Below, one piece after another: positions 22,766 through 33,110 of a stretch of 64,000 nucleotides of DNA; positions within the stretch are counted from its first letter, which is position 1; every line of letters begins with the position of its first letter. Source of the stretch: Rhina ancylostomus. Its lineage: Eukaryota. The position numbers were made by a program, and so were the translations under genes. The notes beneath the pieces were generated by a model. That model saw only the letters and a program-made list of their open reading frames with translations, had not been told where the DNA came from and made no database searches. The stretch is from assembly GCA_030265395.1 (NCBI GenBank), contig JARFYF010000112.1, positions 69,652,163 to 69,716,162 on the forward strand. Reading direction: 5' to 3'.

Positions 22766-25580
22766 TTATTGGGCACTTACATTGCTACCCTGGTTGATCA
22801 TTATTACATTCAGAGGGCTTGCAGGATATCACAGCAGTGCAGCCATCTAAACGTCAATGGATGTCTAAAATTGCTAACGTAGTGCCCAAGGAGAATAATA
22901 ATAGCATCTTGAAACACAAACCTATTGAAACCTCTCAGATGGACTTTGTCCTTCAACATCTTGTGCTCCTAAAATGTATTCCTACTGTTGACTGTCAGCC
23001 AATCAGCTCAGTCTACAATGGCCTGAATAAGACGGTGAATCCACTATCAGTCTTCTAGGCCCACAGCTGCACAAGGATTTCCCCCAAACTATCCACAGCT
23101 CCTCATTCACCAGGCTCCCTCCAGTCTTTCTGCAAAATATGTAAGAGCACCATCGAGGCACAAGGCAAAATGAAGGACAGGTACAAGGTGTAGTTATCTG
23201 ACTTCTGCTTGCAATGTGCCATATTTTTCATACTTGGCTTAGAATTCATACTTTGAGGTGGCTTTTATTTTTGCAATGCGACCAAGTAGATGCTGTATAT
23301 GCAGTTATATGTAATAGAGGGAAGATCAGCTGCAAGGCTGTTGTGAATGGGAAATCAGCACTGCTCTTGACAAGCAGTGTGGCCAGATAGTGGTTGATGC
23401 AGTTGTCTTGCCCCTTCCTCTTTCTCTTATTCCTTTTCCATCTCCTCTTCCTCCTCATTCTCCTGCTCTTTAACTGCTTGGTCTATATTTGTTTGAATGG
23501 CTGTGTGTGCACAGTGGGCCAAAACTACTCACTGTTACCTTTCTTCCTTCTCCACACACATTTGCCTGCCCTGATGTGTATATCTAGCATTTTCTGCAGA
23601 CATTAACCAATAAAGGGAAAATTCATGACAAAAGGAATTATGATATTGAAACAAAGTCCATATCTAATGCAGTCATGAAAGCAATGTAACAGCCATGGTC
23701 AAATAAACAACATCAAATCCTAATCAAGTGACCTTTTCTCAGGAACCTGCTTCCCTTGTTTGCCATGCTTTTGAGGTTCAATTGAATAACATTCCCTGAA
23801 AATTCGTGGGAGAGCTCAGGGGCTATTATTCCACGGAAGTTTGAAAACATGGCAGATGATTTGATTTATTTTTGTTTGGAACAATATTACTCACAACTGC
23901 ACAGTGCTGTATATTAGTGTCATCAATTGGAAATGGAATTACAAAATGAATAACGTCAATCAGGAAACAAGCCAGATTGCGATAGCTGAGAAAATGACAT
24001 AACAGGTCATAGCAGCAGTTGCTAAGGTAAACAGAGCTTAAAAAGCTTCAAGTAGATCTACAAGCAGAGTCCACTGAAATCAGTTAACACGCAATGCTGC
24101 CACTTTGGTTTCCATATTTGTTCATTTCAAACACTGTCAAAATTCACTTGTCAAGATTAGATGAAAGATAACTAAACTTAACAAAATGAAAGCTTACTTC
24201 AGCATTCAATAATTCAACCCCTTTTCAGAAAATCTATCCCATTCAATTGCAGCACAAGCCTAGTTGAAAACTAAAATTGAGATGAAATATTGATTGCTCC
24301 CTTTCTATGTTTAGATTGCTTGCAAAATTTGTTGTTTGAGTAACTACAGATTTGTGATTATGAGTTTGTTTGATGACTTCTGCAACACTGTAAAACGTTA
24401 TAGACTAGAAATCGGTCTTTTCTACATTAAAACTGTACTGGACTACCAGTGCCCACTGCCCTACCATCCTGATAGAAAGTGTCATTGAAGGCAAATGGCA
24501 ATCAGCTTGATTCTTTTGCTCAAGATATATTTCTATCTTTGAATGTTTAATTGACAATACATTTATGCAAGTTATCTAAAAATAAATGATGGTATAAAAA
24601 TGTGTGTAATTTTAGTTTGGAGAGATTGCTGTTTATTCAACAGTGGCATTGCTTTGTTTGATTCTTTAGTGGATTTGTGGTGTACAGTTTTGCTAAAAGG
24701 CTCTGCTTCTTAACCTGAGCAAAATTGAATTCTAATTGAAGGAAAAGAGAATTATTCATCAAAGAGAACTGATCTGTGCATCAAGTGCAACAATGATAGT
24801 ATGCAGCTTGGTACATCTCATTGTGATATGCATACATGAGATAAAAGGAGTTGTAATGATTGTAAGGTGAAGTAACAAAGACATCAGTTTTAAGTTTACA
24901 ATAAATAAATAAGACATAATAACTAAACTGACAATGTGATCCCTTGGACTTGATCCTTTCTATGAGTGTGTCATGCACTTCAATTTAAATGCCACAGTGC
25001 AGTATTTTATTAACTATAACAAAAACTACTCACTTCAGAGGAATATTCTCAAGGTTTGGCTATTTGGATCTTGAATATTTTTCTTATTCACTACGTCCTA
25101 CTTGAAGTCCTGCTGTTCATTGCTCAGTGGGACTTCTACCATCTTCTGTGATCCTGCCATGGCCCAGACCAATATCTGCAGCTGAGGTGGAGGTGGGGTC
25201 GGGGGGAGGTGGGGGAGCATTTGGTGCACAGGGCTGATGATTCCCTGCTATGAAGGAGCCAGTGTCTGTAAAAGATGTGTGACAGCAGCCTAGATGAAGC
25301 ATTGTGGGAGAAGAAAAGCCTGAATAATGCAGGCCTATTTTTTTTTAGCTTTCTGCATAAAGACAAGCAAATTTTTCTTAATGCAGGGGCCCTGGCATGG
25401 GGAAAGTGGAGGCAGGGTGGGAGTGGGGTGAGATGTGAGATGGTGTGAAACACAGTGGATGCAAAATTTTAAAAATGTAAGTGACCTCTACCAAAACAAC
25501 TAAAGATGATCAGAAGTATAAAATAAACAGTTCTGTAACTCTAGTTAGCTCTGCTGGACTTTAAGACAGTAAATGAGAAT

Positions 25581-25621
25581 ATGCTTATACTTCCCTTCCT
25601 GCAGAAGGGAAGTATAAGCAT
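25581..25621. repeat. Perfect 18-bp inverted repeat with 5-nt spacer
   Basis: ATGCTTATACTTCCCTTC-CTGCA-GAAGGGAAGTATAAGCAT. Confidence 0.95.
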
Positions 25622-26799
25622 TGCAAATGCAAATAGATACCTTGCTGAATTACACTGGATGAGTTTTAGCTATGGTCCAACAAAAATAACCTTAACACTT
25701 CCCTTTACAGGCTTCCTTTGCTGCCCTGCCTGGTTTCAGTGATCAGAGTTTCCATGGAACAGGCTTGGCCAGGAAGGCTGTTAAAATTTCTTCAGCGTCC
25801 ATTAAAGTTTGAAGAGATTAATGACAGAGAGGTCAATCCTGAACTCCACAGATGGGTCCATTGAGTTCTCAAACAAGCACAAAACAAAGATGTTGCCAGG
25901 CATCTTCGTAAAGAGTTATTGCTTATATTGCCATCTGATAAACAAATTGCTGTAACAACTGTGTCTGAATTAAGTGACTTAATATCATAGTCTCATGATG
26001 TCAGCTGGGTGTTACTTAATTGGAAAGATTCATGCTAATGTGTAATGGCTTGCTCAGCTAGCTCACTCAGTTTCCCTTCAATGCTCCAGAGAAAGAATGG
26101 TTGAGGAGGACTTTGAAAAATATGAACAATTTAGAAAGTGCAATGTTCCTACTAGGGTGGTAAGTGAAGGAATGGTCAATGTGCAAGTCCTGAAAGGCAG
26201 GTTGGAACACTGGAGGGGAAATGCGACTTGCAATGGCAAGTTTTGCATCTGAAAAGTCTGCTGTTAAAATTCAGTGGATGGAGGCAGTGGGTGCTGGATC
26301 ATTGAAATTCAAAATTCACATGATACAAGATCTTGCAGCCCACAAGTCTGACAGCTGCTTAAATATGTAAATTGCCATCCTATGCTAAGTATACACAGCT
26401 GCAAAACTTACAAATAGGGAAAATCTGTACTGTCCAACTTAGTGTCAGTCATAGTTGGTGCCAAGCAGTTTTACAAGGATGCATTCCATCCAAACCAATG
26501 AGTTTTCTGTTTTGAGAGTAGTTAGGCTTGTTAGTATTTTCAGTCCAATCAAATTTGTCCATTACCGCTGCCTTCACTGCAAGATCAGTAGCACCCACAA
26601 TTTCTAGTTAAGAGAAATAGAAAGAGATTATTCATTATTAAAAAATTGTTGCTATTCTTACCTCATGTGACCTGCATATAACTCCAGACCACTCCTATGT
26701 GGCTTTTCCTTGCTGCTGAAATTGGCTACCAATCCAGGAACAATTAAGGATGAGCAATAAATGCTGGATTTCCCAGTAAAATCCAGGTCCTGTGAATGA

Positions 26800-27235
26800 C
26801 TAGTCAGCCAGAGACAGATAATATCATGATCATTGTTACCCAAATGTTCCCCAACTATTTTGTGATCCACTTGCACTCCATCATTCCACAAAATTATCGC
26901 CAGCCCTCCTTCTTTACTTGCAGTGCTGCAAGCATATTGATCAAGAAACTACTGATGTACACATCTGAATTCTTCCCTTCTTTTCCTTTTACACTGTTAA
27001 TATTCCACCTTGCTTTTGGATATTTAAAGTCTTCCATTAACACTATTCTATAGTTGCTGCATGTATCTGAAAATCTCCAGTAATTTGCTCCCCTCTCCTC
27101 ATTATTCACTGGCATAATCTATATGCACATTGTGTAATTGATTTTCTATTGATCTTTATGACAATTGGCTTAACAGCATCACTCTCCAACTGTATAATAG
27201 CTTCATTTGGTCATCCTTTTCTGCCTTCCCTACCT
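26800..27235 (-). mobile_element. CR1 ORF2 endonuclease-domain fragment
   Basis: RIVLMEDFKYP (GDFNxP-like) and VGEHLGNNDHDII (GxSDH-like) remnants. Confidence 0.7.
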
Positions 27236-27244
27236 TTCCCCCCA

Positions 27245-27405
27245 CAATCCAACAGACGTATGGGTTAGGAAGTTGTGGGCATGCTGTGTTGGCGCCGGAA
27301 GCGTGGCAACACTTGCGGGCTGCCCCCAGAACACTCTACAAAAAAGATGTGTTTCACTGTGTGTTTCGATGTACATGTGACTAATAAAGATATTTCATCT
27401 CATCT
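27245..27405 (+). mobile_element. SINE 3' portion (V-SINE/HE1-like tail), relatively young
   Basis: Retains CpGs and ends ...GATGTACATGTGACTAATAAAGATATTTCATCTCATCT, a short-repeat tail. Confidence 0.6.
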
Positions 27406-27507
27406 CATAATAGATGCCCAGTCCTCCTCATCTTTGAACCAGCTCTCTGTCCTTACATCCGTATTGTAGTTCTAAAAGGCAACTGCCGCTCCAGAAGCTC
27501 AAACGCA

Positions 27508-27670
27508 TGTGGACAGTACAGTGGCACAGTTTATGGAGCTGTTGCCTTACAGTTCCAGTGACCTGGGTTCAACCCTAACCTCTGATGCTGTCTGTGTGCA
27601 GTTTGCATACCGTGTGGGTTTTACCCAATACCCCAGTTTTCTCCCACATCCCAAAGATGTATTGGTTAAT
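27508..27670 (+). mobile_element. V-SINE (tRNA head plus V domain), degenerate
   Basis: A-box-like GTGGCACAG and B-box GGGTTCAACCC, then GTCTGTGTGCAGTTTGCA..GTGGGTTTT..CCCAGTTTTCTCCCACATCCCAAAGA. Confidence 0.75.
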
Positions 27671-28280
27671 AGCTTCCAGCACCTCCCCTACTTATGTCAT
27701 TGGTTCTCACAAGGGCTAGCTGTTCCCTCTCAAAATGTTCTGCACCCTCCCAGTAATGGTGCACCAGGGAGCCAATGCTCCATGGGGGTCTCACATTGCC
27801 GATTACACACCATGTCTCCATTCCATTCCTATACTTTGCTGTCTGCATCTATGTCATCCTTCATCCCACTTACTTCACAGAATTCTGGCTGCAGTTCTTC
27901 AAGCTGGCATTACTTTCATTGGTATCTAATGTAGGTATTCAGTAAAGGAATCCTTTGGGAGTGTGACTATTACTGGAAAAGTTGCCATGCACTGCCTCCT
28001 TCACTTTAAAAAAAATCCATTTATCCTTTGGTTCTCCATTGGAGATATGTCTAAAGCAAAGAGATCCTATTGTTCAACAAATGGTCAATTGTCAGTGCCT
28101 GGCTTTCAAATACCAGAGCTATGAAACACAATTCTGTCTGGAACTGCTTGGAACATTTTCAGTTAAATTGTTTCCTTAACGTTTTCCTTTGCATTCCTGT
28201 GTGCTATTGTTAGAGTGAACTCAAGCTGCCAAAAAGCATCTCACGATAAAAAAATGGTCATAAATTACAAATATGATTGA

Positions 28281-28341
28281 TGTAGGTATGAAAGTGGTCA
28301 GTTCCTAAGTGTAGGTATGACAGTGGTCAGTTCCTAAGTGT
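28281..28341. repeat. 29-bp tandem duplication
   Basis: TGTAGGTATGA(A/C)AGTGGTCAGTTCCTAAG, two copies with one mismatch. Confidence 0.9.
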
Positions 28342-29714
28342 GAATCTGGTGTGATATTGATCCACCGTCTGTGCTCATCCCAGATAGGGCAGTAATTGGC
28401 AAGTTACAATTTGAGCCAGAATTCAGGCCAAGGGAGCAGATGTGTGAAACAAAACAGCCAATCTCCGTTCCAGCAAAGTCTAGAGACAGAAATATTGGAG
28501 GCAGCTCAGGCTCATCTGTGATGCTATCTACAGCTAAGTAACTGAGATGATTTATATTCACACCTGAAGGATGGCCACTTGGGTAAGAATCCATGTGACT
28601 GAGCTTCAGATATTTAAAATAAACCTTTGGCAAAGATGATGATAAACAGGAAAAAATAGAAATCTTTTCAATTATCCCACAAAATGACACATTTCTATAG
28701 ACTGCTGTGATTATTTACAAAATCATGCATCAGTTCTGCTTTATTTAGGTTGTGTTTATTAAGTGAAAGAATCTTAGCATTGAACGCATTCTGTTGTGTT
28801 TGCCATTCAATGTCATTATCAAACACCTCCTTGTAAGCACAATTTAGCCAAAACCTTTACTTTCTGCTCTAATAATAACCCCTCATCCTGGCTCCTAGTG
28901 TACTGCTACAATACCTTCCACAATTCAGAATTCAAGGATTAACCTAATCCGTATTGATTATATTAATATACCTCTATTAAATTCAGAGAGAGAGGGGCAT
29001 ATTCAAATCTGGTGCAAATTGGACAGGTGGTGATGATCATATGTAAATAAATCTCTACAATAATAAACAAGATTCTATGGCTCAATGTAACTGGTTTACC
29101 TTTCTGATAATGACAACTCCTACCATGTCTTCCCCATATTGTCAGCAGGAAGTCTGAACAATCCCGAACCTTATCTAAACAACATGTCTGTGCTGAATAA
29201 CTTGAGGCAGCTTGGCATTTGGAAGGTGATGTGGTAAGGGAAGCCAGAAAATCTGGCAGCTCGACTACAAACTGATGGAGAAATTTGCTTGGATGGAAGG
29301 TAATTATAGTTGCCAGCAGATAGTGTGAAAACCCTAGTAGATAATGGGGCAAACATCTCCTTAGTCAGCTGACATTATGTCTGCTTGTACCTCACTGGCA
29401 TGTACAAATTCTGCTGATGTAGGAATTCTGTTAGTACACTCGATGCAGCCTCTCATAGCATTTCTAAAAATGTACAAAGTTCAGTAGTTTCACAGTGATT
29501 GATGTACATCAATGAACCAGGTTCAACTAATTTCACATATAAGCTTAACAGCAAACAAAGAGAATGAACTTTAATCACTGTATAAGATTTAAACTTGGTT
29601 TTCAGATGTGGAATGATGATATGCATGATATATTGCATTGTCCATCTCTCTTTTAATCTCTTCATCATTGTATTAGTATTGTAACTTAAAATCCACAATG
29701 CTCCTTTGGCCTGC

Positions 29715-29820
29715 AGATTTCTTATTGAAACATATAAGATCCTAAAGGGGCATTACAGAGTAGACATTGAGATGTTTCCACCAGTGGGAGAGTCTTGCAC
29801 CAAGGGACATGGTTACAACA
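29715..29820 (+). mobile_element. CR1 ORF2 C-terminal fragment
   Basis: LIETYKILKGHYRVDIEMFPPVGESCTKGH. Confidence 0.85.
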
Positions 29821-29920
29821 NNNNNNNNNNNNNNNNNNNNNNNNNNNNNNNNNNNNNNNNNNNNNNNNNNNNNNNNNNNNNNNNNNNNNNNNNNNNNNNN
29901 NNNNNNNNNNNNNNNNNNNN

Positions 29921-30780
29921 GCCAACATGCACCACGACCTCTGGCTACTCACCCTTCCCCTTAAGAATATTCTGCAGCCGCACTGAGACATCCTTGACCC
30001 AAGCATCTGGGAGGCCACACACCATTCTGGTGTCTCTTTCGCAGCCACAGAATCTCCAATCTGTCTCCCTAACTACCGAGTCTGCTATCACTATCACTCT
30101 GCCTGACTTTACCCGTCCCTGCTGAGCCACAGAGCCAGCCACAGTGCCACTGACCTGGCTGCTGCTGCTGTGCCCTGATAGGTCATCCACCCCGAGCAGT
30201 ATCCAAAGGGGTGTACTTGTTGCTGAGGGGCATGGTCACAGGGGAATCCTGTACTGACTGTTTACTCCCCTTACTTCTCCTGGTCGTTATCCATCTATCT
30301 GAGGCCTGTACCTTGGTGCGACCAGCTTGGTAAAAGTCTCCTCTAAGAGGTTTTCAGCTTCCTGGATGATCCTGAGTACATCCAACTCCAGCTCCATTTC
30401 CTTGACCTGGCCAGGCAGGTGCTGCAGCTGGGTGCACTTCCTGCAGATGTAGTCATCAGGGAGAAAGTGAGGTTCCCTGACGCCCCACATCTTACAGGAG
30501 GGGCATTCCACTGCCCTAACTGCCATCCTGCCCACACCGAATCAACGACTAAGGATTTACAGACAACTAAATAATGACCTAATCTGTGCCTTCACACTGA
30601 AACCTTTTCTTTTAAAGAGCTGCTTGCACTTCCCTCACCACTCACTCAGTCTCTTCTTGCCGAAGCCTCTCGAGCCAAATCCTTTGTCCCCCAGTCTAAC
30701 ACTGATGCACTCACACAATGGCTGCTTCAAAATGGCCGCTCCATTTAACCTTAGCTGTTTATTGGCGGCTGATATTTGTG
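29921..30780 (-). mobile_element. CR1 LINE 5' region: 5' UTR and ORF1 (zinc finger, coiled coil, SGNH esterase), frameshifted
   Basis: VECPSCKMWGVREPHFLPDDYICRKCTQLQHL (CxxC..CxxC), then RVIVIADSVVRETDWRFCG..RDTRMVCGLPDAWVKDV (GDS-type esterase of CR1 ORF1). Confidence 0.88.
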
Positions 30781-31329
30781 ACTAGTTCGCAAGAGTTTCA
30801 TTCTGCATTAAATTCCCACAAACCCAAAGCAGAAAATTACACATAAATAACAAAAGTTAGTGACAGGGTCACTTTGGGATCAGTACAACAAAGTCACGGG
30901 GGTGGGGGAGAGAGGAGGAAATATCATCAAAATAGCGGAAATACTATATTTTTACTTAACCCTAGTCATTACCAGGAAAATGTGACATTAGAAGAAGAAA
31001 TCAAAAATTATATAAAGATATTTCAGATAGAAAGTGTGGGGGGCGGGAAGTATAACAGTGCAATCAGCACAGATTCCAAAAGGGAATGCTACACTTGACC
31101 ATGTCATGGTTCTGAGTTCTGGCCCTCAATTTGGCTCCATTAATGCCTTGTTGTCCAGCACATGGATCCCATGCTGGANNNNNNNNNNNNNNNNNNNNNN
31201 NNNNNNNNNNNNNNNNNNNNNNNNNNNNNNNNNNNNNNNNNNNNNNNNNNNNNNNNNNNNNNNNNNNNNNNNNNNNNNATCCTGACTCCAGTCTTGTATC
31301 AGTGTGCCACATTTGGGTTCTCTGTGAGT

Positions 31330-31750
31330 TTACTCTGGATCAACATTGTGACAGACCAAGCTTATTAAATTCTTTGAGGAGGAAACAAAAATAGGCACAT
31401 AAAGGTGATGAAGTAGATGCACTATATTCAGTTTTTCAAAAAATTATTTGATGAGGTACCATGCAGCAGACATAAATGATTAGACAAGAGACAAATAAGA
31501 TTGCAAGCTGACAGAAAATAAAAGGTTGAGTTTAAATGTAGCTACCTAGATTGTCAAATAGTGGGAAACTATGTTCCACAGGAATAAGTTCATAAATCCT
31601 TGCAAGTACAATGTCAAGTGCCAGCAAACTGGGTCCAATAATTAATACAAAGGAGGACTGCAACAATATATGGAAACATGAGTAAACATGAAAATAGAAA
31701 GACAATAATGTATGGGTGCACAGTAATACTTGGACTAAATAAGAATGTAA
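31330..31750 (+). mobile_element. Ancient CR1 RT remnant
   Basis: LLNSLRR.., DEVDALY..FQKxFDEVP and xVPQ remnants. Confidence 0.55.
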
Positions 31751-31755
31751 GAAAT

Positions 31756-33110
31756 AGACATCTAAAGTGAGTAAAGTTGGTTCACGTGGTTCTCGATTTT
31801 GCGGAAAATGTGTGATGACTTTAACCGTAGGTTTCAGTTGTTTTCAGGCAGTGTCGGGGTTTACTTCACATTGCTGACTGTTCCACCCTCCCTCATTCAA
31901 TATTTGGGTAGTAGTAGATTTTTTAGTGGGGGGGGGAAGAGAGAAAGGGGGGGGTGGTAGAGATGGAGGTGGGGAGGGGGAGAGAGAGGAATCTACTATC
32001 TACATCTAAAAGGGTCCCTGCCATCAGTAGAGGAGAGACAGAGGAATGGAAAGCAGAAAACAATCTTAAACTTAGAAAGGATAGTCTTATACTTTCGCCT
32101 CATCTGCCAGTTTTGTAGATCTATATAAACAAAACCACTTAACATTTTTGAATAAGAAAGGGGAAGCTCCAGCTTAAATACAACCGTTCACCAAGAATCC
32201 CAAAACAGATATGGTCATTTATTGAGCATTGCTGGGTGTAATCTGTCTGTCACATTTGTTTAGATAACAACAGTAGAACACTTCATTGGATGTAAACCAT
32301 CTTAGGAATTCCTGCAGATATGAAAGAGGACCTATGAAGTCCTTTAGTGGCCTCTTCAATCTTCACACTGCAGAGGTATGTGTGAATGTTTCTCTGTCTG
32401 CAGATGCCTATATCACTTGCACTCCACTGTGCTGAGGAGTGAGTATAAACTGTGGTGGAAGTTCTATGATATACTTTATGATGATACAATACAGGAAGGG
32501 AAGAAGAGAGGGCTGGTCATTATAGGTCCTCTTTCATATCTGCAGGAATTCCTGAGGTGGTTTACATCCAATGAACTCTTGTTCTCCAGACAAACATGAC
32601 TGATGGCTTGCACCCAGCAATGTTCAACATGGAGCAACAAAATAAATGACCACATCTGCTTTGGGTGTGTCAGTTAATAGTTGTGTTTCAGCTGAAGCTT
32701 CCCTTCTTCAACAATGTATAGTGGTCTTGTATATACAGATCTCTGAAATTGGCAGATAAGGCCAAAAATATGAAGCTATGCCTTTTGAGTTTCAAACTGT
32801 ATTCTGCTTTTTATTTCTCTATCTCTCCTCTGCTAATGCAGGGAACCCTTTAAGAAGTAAAAAATTATTTTTAAAATCTACTATCTACCCTTCCTCTCTC
32901 TCCCTCACCCTTCTAAAAATGTATTATCGCCTTATTGCCTGAACGTTCAATGTGAGAGCGAGGTGGGGGGGGGGCAGGGTGGGTGGTCCTGGAACTATCA
33001 GAAATGTGGTAAAACCTGCCTGCAACCAACTGGAACATCTGGTTAAAATCATTAACATCTTCTGAAAAATCCAGAACTGTGTGACCCAACTTAACTTACT
33101 TTAGATGTCT
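31756..33110. repeat. Long imperfect inverted repeat (arms ~580 bp, spacer ~186 bp) containing Deu-SINE-like sequence
   Basis: AGACATCTAAAGT (31756) is the reverse complement of 33098-33110. 32282-32335 matches the reverse complement of 32522-32575 at 52/54. The intervening blocks are colinear with indels. Confidence 0.9.

Noticed and set aside
28281-28341. 29-bp repeat as a CRISPR-like array
   Set aside because: There are two directly adjacent copies with no spacer, in vertebrate DNA; this is a simple tandem duplication.
28334-28690. 118-aa minus-strand ORF
   Set aside because: It has a non-ATG start, no recognisable homology and only weak donor sites, consistent with a chance ORF.
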